Shown: positions 25,998 to 38,290 of the stretch, piece by piece | Layout: each line of letters begins with the position of its first letter | Numbering within the stretch: position 1 is the first letter of the stretch | Assembly: GCA_030390025.1 (NCBI GenBank) | Contig: CM059432.1 | Coordinates: 75,890,001-75,954,000, forward strand | Reading direction: 5' to 3' | DNA: 64,000 nt | Source of the DNA: Squalus acanthias | Lineage: Eukaryota | Translations under genes and position numbers: made by a program | Notes under the pieces: model-generated | The model's database searches: none | Seen by the model: the letters and a program-made list of their open reading frames with translations, nothing else | What the model was told of the DNA's origin: nothing

Positions 25998-26974
25998 AGC
26001 ATATTCTTTGCAGGAAAGGATACAACCAAACCAGAGAAAGAAATAGAAATTGCTAGGGTGTTTATGGTAGTTTGTTCCTTGCTATTCAGGAAAAGCTCCT
26101 CTTCCAAATAGATGATGGCTCCTCTGGTTATTCAATTATGGCAAAAGCCCACCAGCCCTGGTTGGTGCATAGCTGTCAATAGAACTATTGCAGACAAGAA
26201 AAACATGGTTTACCTGTGGATGCATTTAAGGTTATCATTATACTTGTCTCACTACACAGACAGGGGTAGGATAAATACTAAAGATATCACAAGTAATAGT
26301 TAAAAGCCGCAACCAAAATGCTAACACAGTTAGGAATTCAAATTATCACTCACAAAACCAGGAAGGTGCCCATGACAGTGGTAACTGAAGTTCCTGTCAC
26401 ATTGACTAAAGGCGCAACTTAATCAGAATCTGGCCACATTGGATGTTGCAAGTGGATTCTGGAATAGGAAATTACATCCAGGGAATCAGAATAAATTAGC
26501 TTTTTCCTTTAACCATAAGCATGCGTCCCTTGGGCTATGCTACCTCCCTTGCCGAGTTTAACATTTTTCCGTAAAGCTATACCAGATACAGTTGCGTGAG
26601 GAAATTTAAATTCTGATGGCAAACCAAAGCTTAGTAGAACACTGTAAAAAAATACTTACATGAATATGGCCATGATGGTGACAGCAGTACTAAAATATGA
26701 AGTATATAGGGCACAAAACTGTACAAAATGGCTTCCTGCTACAAACTGAATGGCCCGGATTTTGTGGTCAGTGGCAAACGAATGGCACTCACCGTTCATT
26801 ATGCTTTCAGCAGCCCACAAAGTATTTGAGAGCTTTTGCGCAGCAACTTACGGTTATTAGAAATCCATTTCAGCACAGCACCCTCTACAGGGGATCTGGG
26901 ACCTGTGTGAACAGAGCAAGCAACAGCGTGTCTCTTCAACCAATCAGACTGAAGAATCATCACTGAGCCACACA

Positions 26975-29900
26975 GGCCGGAATTTTGCCTACCTGAGCGG
27001 GTCCGGTGCGGGCGGTGGCCATGGCGGGTCACGACCCCGCTGCTGGCTCCATCCCGCTGCTGAAAACGACTTTACCTAAATAGGGCCTATTACGCCTGCC
27101 CTGTGCGTTACCCGGCCCAATTAAATGGTGCGGGTCTGGTGACGTCATCGATGACACGTTTTCAGCCGGGATCTTTAAAGGGGCTATGGCCACATTGGAT
27201 TTGAATATCAATGTAACATAGTGCTGTCAGTGCACTACAGCATTGGAGTGCTGCAAACACGGACAATGACTGCACAGAAGCAGAGGGCTGCACCCAGGTT
27301 CTCTGATGACTCGCTCCATATACTTATGGAGGGAGTCAGAGCACGCAGGGTGGTCCTCTTCCCTGCTGATGGGCGGAAGAGACCTCCCCAGGAGACCAAG
27401 ACAGCCTGGTTGCAGATTGCAGAGGAGGTCACCAGCAGGGATGTGGTCAGGAGGACCTGGGTGCAGTGCTGCAAACGTTTCAATGATCTCATTAGATCAC
27501 GAAATGTTAGTACTCAACTACATCCTGCTGTGCCTCTCATCACATCCCCATCACTCTGCCTTCCCAACCCTATCCCTACACATCATTACTCACACCAACA
27601 TACCTTGCACGTTCTCCCATCCCTCTCTCTCTCTCTCTCTATCTACATTATCACATCCCCATCTCACTAGCCAAACCTCAATTTCACCCTCATCTTAGTG
27701 CAATCATACCAGCTAACAACACACAAGGAGGTCACTTGGCTTTGGCACCCCACTCCATCATAGTCACCCTCTAAAGATCTAACCCATCCATTCCTCACAC
27801 TCATTCCATCATTCTCACTCAACCTTCTCTTCTTTCCCTCCCTGCAGGAAAAGAGAGCCCACAAGGGAGAGGGGAAGACCCGGTGGTGGCACTCCATCAT
27901 TTGCAAACCTTACAACAGCAGAGGAGGCTGCTTTAGAAATATCTGGAGTGGCCGAGCAGCTGGAGGTGGGAGATGGAGAGAGGGCGACATATCTCAGCAA
28001 CCTGGTGACAGAATTACATATCATACAGCTACATGGCATACATCAGTCACTCCGATGGGCACTGATGTCAGCAGCCACTGAATGGTCATCATGTGCATAA
28101 TGTTATCTGTACCCATTCTTCAAATTACATATCTAACTCATCTCTTTATTCTCCCAAAGGTCCATCAAGAGTGCCCCCCTGACACCCGCCCCCCCAACCC
28201 CACTGTCCAGGAGCAAGAGGAAGACGACTTCTCAGAGGAGCCTCCAGCCTCTGCGGACGCAACGTCACCAGACAGCAGCGCACCCAGCACCAACGCAGAT
28301 ACACACACCTCGGTGGGTGCCACGCCAGATAGAGTAGTGTTGTCACCTGGGGCTGAATTTTGCCTGCGCTCAGAGTGCGGGTTTGGAGGCGGGCCTGCTG
28401 TCAAAATCGAAATGATGACAGCGGGTTGGGAGCCTGCTCTGAACCCGCCTCCATGCAAGTTTCCAAAGTGTCAGGTCTGCGATTTCAGAACAGACCCGAC
28501 ACCAAGCGGAGGAATTTAAGGTAGTTAAATGCTTGTTAACTACTATTTTGCCAGCCTATTTCTATTTTACCACTTTTTTAACAAGGTTCCAGTCATACGG
28601 AGATCACGTCAGGTAAGGAGGTCAGGTTCTCTGATTCTCCATTGCTGTGAATAGGTGACAACTGCAAAAGTGGTAAGAAAGCTACCATTTCACAGCTGTT
28701 CACTTTCCAATGGAAGACACTTTTGAGCTGTATGTAGTTTGGAAATGTTTGGAGTAAACTCTCTATCCACTATCACCTCCTTGGAGCAAGCTCTCTCACC
28801 ACTGACAGATCGCTTCTGTCATTTCAACTTCAGCTGCCATCTATCCCAGTATCATCGGTGCCCTTGAAAAAATCTCACCTTGGTCCTCTGAATCCCTCCA
28901 CAATGAGCCCCAACACAAACATCACCAGGCACACCAGCAGCACCAACCTTCTCCATAATCACTTGATGCTGCACAGGACACAGGGCATCAGCACCCAACA
29001 ACATTGATGCCTGGGAGGCCAGCCATGGTCTCACCATGGCCAGATTTACTTTGTGACGCTGTACACCCTGGTTGCCACATGATGCGCCAGGTTGACACCA
29101 CCATCATAAAGCATCCCTACAATGTCCAAGCCATTCCTTTCACACTCATCAAAATTGGGGGTGGTGGGGGGGGGGGGGGGTTATGTCTCAACATTCACTG
29201 GAACTCACTAAGACACTTCCAAAGGTGAGCACAGATCTGTCCAAGAAGGTATAAAGTGTTGAAAATAAAGATTTCAATGTTTGACAACACATTAACAGAA
29301 AATTTACATGAACATTGCATAAAACACCCAAGTGCCTACCCTTGTGTGTTGTTAGTTGGTATGATTGCACTAGGGCGAGGGAGAGTGTGAGGGGTGGCTA
29401 CTGAGACAGGGAAGTGATAATGTAGATAGAGAGGGATGCGTGGAGGTGCAAGGTCAGTTGGTATGAGTAAGGATGTGCAGGAGTACTGTAGGGGAGGCAG
29501 AGTGATGGGGATGTGATGAGTGGCACAGCAGTATGAGGTTGGGTGTGGATTTGCAGTAACGGTTCATGATCTACTGAGATCAATGAAAGGTTTGCGCCAC
29601 TGCAGCCTGGTCCTCCCGATGACATCCCTGCTTGTGTCCTCCTGTGCAATCAGGCTGCGTTGGTGTCCTGGGGAGGTCTCTTCCACCCTTGGAATGGAAG
29701 ATAACCTCCGTGTGCTGTGACTCTCTCCATAAGCATATGGAGGGAGTCATGCGGGAGCCTGCGTGCAGCCGTGCACCTTTGTGCAGTGCTCGTCAGTGTT
29801 TGCAGCACATCAATGCTGTAGAACACTGACAGAACAACTGTCAAAATGATTGTGGACATAGTTTCTTTAAGGAAACTGGCTGATGACGCATCATCCAATA

Positions 29901-31606
29901 TCATCAGACCCGCTTCCTTTTATTTGGCTGGGAACCTCGCGGGCTTAACAAGCTCAATCAGGGGAAAATCATTTTCACAGAGCGGCTGGAGGTGGGACCT
30001 GGACCCGCCAACGACCTCTTCCGCCGCGATCCCGCCTCCGATGGCGAAATCGCAGCCCTGGTGTCTCACAACTCACAAGTGAGCAAGAGCAGATGGTGGA
30101 GACAGGGACAGTAGTGGAGACTCCTCGCCGGAGGGCGCAGGGCGCTCCTAGCTCCGCTCAGCTGCATGCAGACTCGAGGGCCATCCTGGAGGTGTAGGAA
30201 GAAGTGCAGGGGGCTCGGATAGGTTTTGCGAGCACGATGTCTGCAAATGTTCAGAGAATGGAAGAGTCCATCTCCAACATGAGCACCTCCATGTTGCAGG
30301 CGATGGCAACTGTAGGCTGCTCCATGGGTAGGATGGCCACCTACATGGAGCAGCTAATGAGCCACTCACAGGAGCACATGGTCTCTATGGAGAATAGATG
30401 GCTATGTATGGAGAATAGATGGCAGAGGCTCATAGACCTCGTCTCTAAGAGGGATGTCAGCATGGACGTGGGTCCTCATGGCCCCACTGATGTGCAGCAA
30501 TGTGCTCTCCAGCTCCTTGGCAGCAGGAAAGTGAGCAAGCTGCCTCTACTTCTGCTGAAGTCACAGGGCTAGTACCTCGTAGAAGCACGCAAAAGAGAAA
30601 GATGACACACAAGTAGATTCACAAAGGTAGCCACTTGGGTCTTTTATCCAATGTTTATGTAAAGTTTCTGTTAATGTGTTGTCAAACATCAAAATCTTTA
30701 TTTTCAACACTTTCTGGTCTTGGACAGATTTGTGTGCACCTTTGTAAGCGGCTTTGTGAGTTGCAGTGAATGATGAGACATAACGGTACCTCCAGCAATG
30801 GTGGTGAGTGTGAAAGGAATGGCTTGGTCATTGCAGGGATGCTTTATGGTGTTGGTGTGGGGTGGTGCCAACCTGGCGCATCATGTGGCAGCCAGGGTGT
30901 ACAGGGTCAAGTGATGTAAATCTGGCCATCGTGAGGCCATCCCTGGCCTCCCGGGCAGCAATGTGGTCGGGTGCTGATGCTCTCTGTCCTGTGCAGCATC
31001 AGGTGGTTGCGGAGAAGGTTGGTGGTGTTGTTGTTGGTGCTGCTGGTGTAGGGGTTCATCGTAGTCTGATTCTGAGGACCAAGGTGAGACAGTATAAATG
31101 GCACCCATGCTGATGGAATAGATGGCAGGTGAAGTAGAGATAACAGAAGCAATCTGTCAATGGTGAGAGAGGTTCTTCCAATGAGGTGACGTTGGATGGA
31201 GACTTTGCTGGAAAGACTGCAGCTGCTGAGTAAAGTGATCATCTGTCAGGTGGGAGCTTTTATAGTACATTTGATGCTGTCAACTAATCAGCTGGAGCAA
31301 TGGCCACTCAACCCCCGCCTCAGGTTGACAGACGTGGTTCCCGAGCAGCGTGTTTCCCGTGGCCATCCAGTTAAAATGAAAAGGTAAGGTTAATACCACT
31401 ATTAAGGGCCTGACAACAAGCTACTAATACTTTAAATTGGGTCGCCTGCCTCTATCGGTCGGGTCAGGACTGTGCTGACAGACTCGTCTGGGGGAAAGGC
31501 ATGTGGGAGCAGGATGACAGCGGGTTCCCGACCCGCTCCCAAAAAATAACTTTCCCACCCAACCCGCCTCCAATCGTGCCTGCTACCATCCCAGAAAATT
31601 CTGGCC
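26975..31606 (+). mobile_element. PIF/Harbinger element with Myb gene, transposase deleted; interrupted by a nested Harbinger
   Basis: TIRs GGCCGGAATTTT / AAAATTCTGGCC, flanks ACA/GCA; Myb exons 27266-27505, 27848-28004, 28160-(insertion)-~30615; transposase N-terminus MGAIYTVSPWSSES (ATG 31108, minus). Confidence 0.87.
28350..30057 (-). mobile_element. Non-autonomous PIF/Harbinger (~1.7 kb), inverted sister of 1563-3287
   Basis: TIRs GGGCTGAATTTTGCC / GGCGAAATCGCAGCC, TSD CTG; splits the host Myb exon 3 sequence tgtcacctggtgt; colinear reverse complement of 1563-3287. Confidence 0.9.
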
Positions 31607-32269
31607 GCAGTGTCTAAACCAGGAAGTGCAAGTTAGACTATTTAATTCAATGTAAAATCATGTGCAGAAAGCGAGGATTGAGAGAGAGAAAGATAAAAGA
31701 GACAGAGACAAAGAAAAAGTTTTAAAAAATTAAGTTTTTTAATAAAATTTCCAACAATATTTCAAATCTGAAGGAATGAGACGCCACACTTGTAAAAGTA
31801 AATTTTCAGGGTCAGTGAGGTTGTTTGGTACCAATTAAGACATATCATGCGGTTAAAAATTCACTTATACTTGAATGGACAAGCCTAACTTTTTCTGGCG
31901 TGTTTAGTGGGTATCTAGTGGGCAAGTATCGCAACGTCACGCCCGCCCTGTGTTTTAATGCCAAGTCTCTCAGGCGAGGTATCAATGTAGCGCAGCCTGT
32001 GGAAGAGCAGGGAAACTCTGACAACAACTTCTTGATTTCCGCGTTTAACTGCACTTGTGCGAACGCTGGAAGTAGCTGTCCAATTTACTCCATAGTAACA
32101 GTTAGCGCTGATAACCTCACTGTTATTTCAACCGCAATATCCGGGCCATTGAATTGAAGCCATATTCCTTCTTTCCAAATCTATTGGCACACAAGGCAAT
32201 CAATTTCTTGCACTGCTTTACATCTGGCAGGTCGTGCACTGGGTTTTCCATATCAAAGCCACTTTTTAT

Positions 32270-32395
32270 GTAGAGATGCCGGCGTTGGACTGGGGTGGAC
32301 AAAAATGAGAAGTCGCACAACACCAGGTTATAGTCCAACAGATTTATTTAATTTTACAAGCTTTCGGAGCGGTTCGCTCCTTCCTCAGGTAAGTT
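32270..32395 (-). mobile_element. Penelope-like element terminal fragment
   Basis: Short repeat-like segment ending in a minimal hammerhead motif, as typical of Penelope pLTRs; family assignment by recognition only. Confidence 0.6.
32354..32392 (-). ncRNA. Minimal type I hammerhead ribozyme motif
   Basis: Minus strand TTAC-CTGAGGA-A-GGAGCG-AAC-CGCTCC-GAAA-GCTT-GTAA: CUGANGA and GAAA cores, 6-bp stem II, palindromic AAGCTT helix III, TTAC/GTAA stem I. Confidence 0.75.
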
Positions 32396-33454
32396 AGCAG
32401 TGAGAGAATCTCCCAGAATTCACAATTTAAACACAGACAAAATCTATTCAAATCTTTCCCTACATCAAAGACACACTAAGAGTACAGCCAAGACAATGAG
32501 ATGTGTCCCAGGGGGTCCAACGTGTCAAACCACCTGCTGGCTGCATATCCTGTCAATTTGTGTTGGTAGTTCACAGAGAAGTATGGTTGCTTGCCCAACC
32601 CTGAACAAGTTACTGAACGATGACCGTTAGGAAGCCAGTGCTATTAAGGAATTGAATTGAATAAAAGACCCAGTGAAGCCCCTTGCCAACAAATAATAAA
32701 TGAAAAGAAGGAGGCATTATGATAAAACTGTCTGTACAGAAAAGAGCAGTGTTGTGCTGCAACAAGAACATGCCAAAGACCATAAAATTTCCGCCTATGT
32801 TAACAAGGCCCCGAGTGATATGGAACAAAATGTCTAAGAAGTCACTACTTACAATTTCCTGTACAATAAGGCGTTTATGGAACAATGTCAATGAATAGAA
32901 GATTACCATTATAACCAGTCACTAGGCTGTGGCCTTCCTGAATAGCAAGAAGATTCATGAAGGTAATGTTTCCAGCAGTTGAATAGTTGCATGGACCCTG
33001 CTGTTGCAAGGTCTTCACATGGAAGATTAAATATGCTAAGAGTAAAAAGAATGGCAATGCACAAGATCTGGCTGAATTGCACAATTGAATGCTGAGGAAA
33101 GTAAGGTTAAGAAAAACATCAGATTTTGTGACATGCACCAACTCCAATTAGGCTTGACACTACAAGTCGATCAGCTAGTCAAAGAAATTAAACGAAGATT
33201 GACTAGAAGAAGGTGAAGGCCAATTAAAGATTTTTGTCCCAGATAACAATCAAGATGATGAAATAGTAAAGTTGGAAATCTTGACTGGAACAGATTAGAA
33301 CTTGAAGAAGGATCTAAGTCTTGAAGTGAGGATGGCAACCTGGCAAGAGAGTTCCAGTGAAGATGTGAGATCTGATTTTTTAAAAAGCAGCTAGAAGATA
33401 ATGAATGAGGTAAAAATGTGCTTCAATAGTTAGGACACAGAAACACATCTAATT

Positions 33455-34770
33455 GTTCTTCTTCTTCTCGGGCAGTCCCTCGGAACCGAGGATGACTTGC
33501 TTCCACATTGAAAAAAATGAGTTCTCAGGTGACTGATAAGTCCAATGCCGGACCTACAGTCTTTGTCACAGGTGGGGCAGACGGTGGTTGAAGGGGCGAG
33601 TGGGTGGGGTGCTTGGGTTGACGTGCGCTCCTTGCGCTTGGCTTCCGCTTGCTCCAGGCGAAGAGACTCGAGGTTTTCGGCGCCTTCCCGGATGCTTCTC
33701 CTCCACTTTGTGCGGTCTTGGGCCAGGGATTCCCAGGTGTCAGTGGGGATGTTGCACTTTTTCCAAGGAGGCTTTGAGGGTGTCCTGGAAGCGTTTCCTC
33801 TGCCCACCTGGGGCTCTCTTGCCGTGTCAGAGCTCCGAGTAGAGCGCTTGTTTTGGGAGTCTTGTATCGGGCATGCAGATGATGTGACCCGTCCATCGGA
33901 GCTGATCGACCGTGGTCAAAGCCTCGATGCTGGGGATGTTGGCCTGAGCGAGAACACTGATGTTGGTGCGCCCATCCTGCCAATGGATTTGCAGGATCTT
34001 GCGGAGGCAGCGTTGGTGGTACCTCTCCAGTGCTTTGAGGTGCCTGCTGTACATGGTCCATGTCTCTGAGGCATACAGGAGGGCGGGTATTACTATTGGT
34101 CTGTAGACCATCAGCTTGGTGCTGGGTTTGAGGTCCTGGTCTTCAAACACTATCTTCCTCAGGCGACCGAAGGCTGCACAGGCACACTGAAGGCGGTGTT
34201 GGACTTCGTCATCGACGTCTGCCCTTGTTGACAGTAGGCTCCCAAGGTATGGAAAGTGGTCCACGTTGTCCAAGGCCTTGTCGTGGATTTTGATAATCGG
34301 GGAGCAGTACTGTGTGGCGGGGCAGGTTGGTAGAGGACCTTTGTCTTACGGATGTTTAGTGTAAGGCCCATGCTCTCGTACGCTTCGGTGAAGGTGTTGA
34401 CGATGGTTTGGAGTTCGACCTCAGAGTGTGCGCAGACGCAAGCATCGTCTGCATACTGTAATTTGACGACAGAGGATGGGACGACCTTGGATCTGGACTG
34501 GAGGCGACGGAGGTTGAACAGTTTCCCGTTTGTTCTGTAGATTAGCTCCACTCCAGCGGGGAGCTTACTGAGGGTGAGATGGAGCATTGCAGCCAGGAAG
34601 ATCGAGAAGAGCGTTGGTGCGATGACAGAGCCTTGCTTGACCCCGGTCCGTACGTGAATTGGGTCTGTGGTGGAACCGTTGGTCAGGATCACGGCTTGCA
34701 TGTTGTCATGAAGCAAGCGGAGGAAGGCGACAAACTTTTCAGGGCAGCCGAATTGGAGGACACTCCATAA
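33455..34770 (-). mobile_element. RTE-clade LINE, 5'-truncated (sister of 14729-16226)
   Basis: ORFs 34159..34716, 33827..34273, 33430..33807 (YADD, CPTC...HLRTH); (AAG)n tail; TSD TAATTGTTCTT at both ends. Confidence 0.93.
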
Positions 34771-34904
34771 TTGTTCTTACAGACCTTGAGACTGATCTAG
34801 AGTTGGAAATTATCTATTCCAAGCAGACAATTTCAGTTATGAAAAAGCTTCCTAGTTGATTTCTTAAGAGTGAAAGAAGTAGATGGGAAGTTACCATGAT
34901 ACCA

Positions 34905-36661
34905 TGTTACGTGGGCTTCATTACGCTTACAGCTACCCACAGACTATTGTCCGGGTATGTTCCAGGATGTAAATTTTATTATCTGCAAGTGTTCAATCTG
35001 CTGCAAATTTCAACCCATCTCAGCCAGACAGCTCTGCCACTGCAGAGAGGAACTGCTCAAAACTATGGTGTAAAATTCGCAAATTATCGCGATTTCGAAA
35101 TAACGAGAAAAAGAGATACAGTTTTGTGCAAGTAGTTTTATTTTCAGCAAAATGCTGTCATGTTTCAAAACGGACACAAGAAGCCTGTAAAATGGCCGCC
35201 GCGCCTCATGGCAGAAGTTTCTAGACTTTTCAGTAGGCAGACAAGATGGCGTTCGAATAAACATTTCAGTAAGATCGGTTAATACTCAGCATACATTGGT
35301 AAAGACAGGACGCGATCGATCTGCATTTGACACAAAAGCAAGAGATATAAGTGCTGGAAGCGTTTTCCAGGCACAAGCAAGAGACTATTGTACTGGGCAA
35401 TCAGAGGCCCATCCAAAAGACATCAATACGCAAATTCCCCGCAGCTCTACAATGAGAGAGCCGTTCTCGGGTGCTTACACAAGAATTCGGAGGCCCCCAA
35501 AACCCCGCCAGGGAGACTCCTAGCCGGTTCCAGAATGGGAGACACATTAACGGGTGCTTGGCCAGTTACAAGTATCACCGAAACCCATTAAAGCCAGAAA
35601 TCACCCCATACAAGACAAAAGATGAACATTAAGATTGGGCGGGAGATAAGGGAACCGAGCACTATAACAATAGACAACAAACGTCCATCGGTCTCTTATC
35701 TCTGCTGACTATTGACTCGGGCTGAACTCTTGTCCTCTTGCTGTCCACCGAACTCTTGTTCCGCTGATCCCTTTTGGGGTCGGCCTCGTGGCTTGCCACG
35801 AAGATCTGTGAAGAGCTGGACTGCGAAGGCCGGTAAGCGGGTGCACCATCCCGAAGGTCAGTAAACGGTGTTCGATCCGAAGGCCCAAGGAGACGAGATG
35901 AGATGAGAAGAGAAGACGAAGACTACACGTGCCGCCGCGGTCAGTAAACCCCGACCGCGCCCGAAAATATAGTGACCATTTTTGAACTCTATAGGTTACT
36001 GCACGAACTGGCACCAGAAGACTTTTCTTCGAGTTCTATCGACAACCGGTGTCGGCACAGGAAGACTCTTCTTCGAATTCTATCAGGAATCCGAGGTCAA
36101 CACAGATCTTCATGACAGCAGACGTTCTAGCCTGCTAGCCGGAGCAGAGCGAGTAAACACGTGGATAGTCAGGTGCTGTGGCGAAAACAGCCGAGCACCG
36201 TTGTAGAATTCTCCGAGGTATCACGAGTGGTGAGCATGTTTCTCGATCCTACAGATCTAGATTAGAGCAGGCATTGATAAGGGAGGGTGGATTTTATTAA
36301 GGATAATTATAATGTGTGTCCCCTTTTACGATGTGTCGTGCGCTCCTCGTTTCCCTAAACCTAGTTTTATAGATGTATGTAAGCTTGTACTGTCATTAAT
36401 CTGTGCTTATGACATGTATTTCGTAATCTTGAACAATATGCAATAAAGATTTTCCATTTCGTACTATTCAACCGGGTCTACCTGAGTTTTCTCTACATTA
36501 CTGCTCTCGCACCTAAGTCCAGTGTCAGAACCGTAAGGGCGAGTGGGTCGAACCACTCACAGGTGTTTAGTGCTACAAGGCTGGCTGGAGACCAGAGCAG
36601 GCAATAAGGCCTAACCCCGCACAAGCACCTAGAAGCACAGCACGGAGATCAATCCCTTACA
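34905..36661 (+). mobile_element. Probable long solo LTR (young, CpG-rich)
   Basis: Begins TGTTAC, ends TTACA; abrupt CpG enrichment; TATA-like site ~35663, AATAAA ~36442; no coding capacity. No TSD found; the alternative 5' end is TGTAA at ~35186. Confidence 0.5.
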
Positions 36662-37379
36662 ATGGTCAAATTTCCAGCTAGATTGAGGGTCTGTGGCCAA
36701 ATATACTAAAGGAAACAGATATCTTGTGGTCTCACCTGCCTGTTCAACAAGTGGGTTGAATGCGCACTTGTGACTAGGAATGCCTCAGAGGTCACGATCA
36801 CCCTACCCCCAAACTTACCTTACTGCCTGCAGCCTTCTCCTGATGCTGGCAGGTGGCCTCTGCTGTCTGATCTTCGTACCTCCTGCCGGAAAGCTGTTGC
36901 TTTCCACTGAAAACGGCCTAACAACTTATTTCCTTTAGTATATTTGACCACAGGCAACTTATCAGCTGCATTCAAATGAGGCCCAGAAGTTAAAATCTGC
37001 CAGGCCTCTGACTCAAATTCCTTTAAGGGATTGTCATCCACTTGCTTAAGAAATACATATTTTCCAATGGAAAGGATTACTCTGGTGGCCATTAAGTGTA
37101 CTCTAAATAATTGTGCTAAAGTGACCCCATTTGAAATGATGACTGGTAGATAAATCAACTTATTCATCCACCTGTTTTGTACAATGCAGCAGAGGTTCAA
37201 AACTAGCTTCTCTGTCACAGGGCCCTGATATTTAAAACATACTGGAGTGATCCCACCACCATCTGACTCAGAGGTAAGAATGCCATCACCTGAGCGAAGC
37301 TGACCCTAACTCCACAAATGGTATCAAAATGGCTAAGAGTGAAATTAAAAGTCATGGGGTGTTACGAGGTGTGTCCCTT

Positions 37380-37890
37380 AATCAACAAAGCAAATAAAAT
37401 GCTGAACAGTACGTTAAATTGTACAGTGCTCTGGTCAGACCACACTTGGAGTGTCGTTTCCAGTTTTGGTCATCAAAACAAAAGAAAGATATTCAAGCCC
37501 TAGAGGTAATGCAGAAAAGAGATACATGGCTGATCCCTGGCATCAGAGCATTAGATTATGAGGCAAAACCAGAGAAATTTGAGATTTTTAGCCTTGAAAG
37601 GAGGTGATTAAGAGGAAGCCTCATTGAGGTATAAAAGATAGTACATGATATAGTAATGGTAAATCTGGAGCCCTACTCCAAATTAAATGGTGCCGAACAA
37701 AGAAGCACAAGATCAAACTAGTAAAAGAAATTTTTAGGAATGATTTTAGCAAGTTTTTCTTCACACAAAGATTGATCAACTGCTGGATAATTGTCTAGGT
37801 AGAACAGTGGGGGCAAAATCCCTGGAGACAATTGAGAAATTGTTAGATGCTGTGATTGGGGGCCCGTTGCATTTTCTGGATGAATTAAAT
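37380..37890 (+). mobile_element. Old CR1 3' fragment
   Basis: YSALVRPHLECRFQFWS...FSLERR in ORF 37419..37607. Confidence 0.8.
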
Positions 37891-38290
37891 GGCCTTCCTC
37901 ATCTGTATCTGAGCGAGCTGGATGGTTGAGGCTAACATTGTGGATGGTGCATTTGAAGAGGGAATGCCAGAAAGGTGCATGAAATAGACCTGCTGAAAGT
38001 GAACTGGAATTGGAGATACAGGTCAGCAAGAAAGGAACAAAGGTCTAATGAGGGTAGAGCAGCCTTGGAGACAGTCTAAACAAATTTTTTTTTTTTTTTA
38101 AAAACATATTCTACAGATATTCAAACCACAGTACTTAACTGGTTAAAAATGGAGACCTCAGCTCTGACTTTACTACAGTAGTTCCTCCTGTGCAAAAATC
38201 AGGGCTCATATTGGATAAAAACAGAAAATGCTGGAAATACTCGACAGGTCAGGCAGCATCTGTACAGTGTAAAGGCTGGTCCACACCTAC

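Larger units (their letters stand above)
26752..32147. mobile_element. Harbinger-type MITE (own sequence 26752-26974 and 31607-32147) hosting nested insertions
   Basis: TIRs GGCCCGGATTTTGTGGT / ACCGCAATATCCGGGCC; flanks AAT/ATT (imperfect TSD); TIR resembles MITE 60279-61264. Confidence 0.7.

Noticed and set aside
32400..33440. Possible ancient RTE-like relic or gene
   Set aside because: Only faint motif traces; cannot be supported without a profile search.
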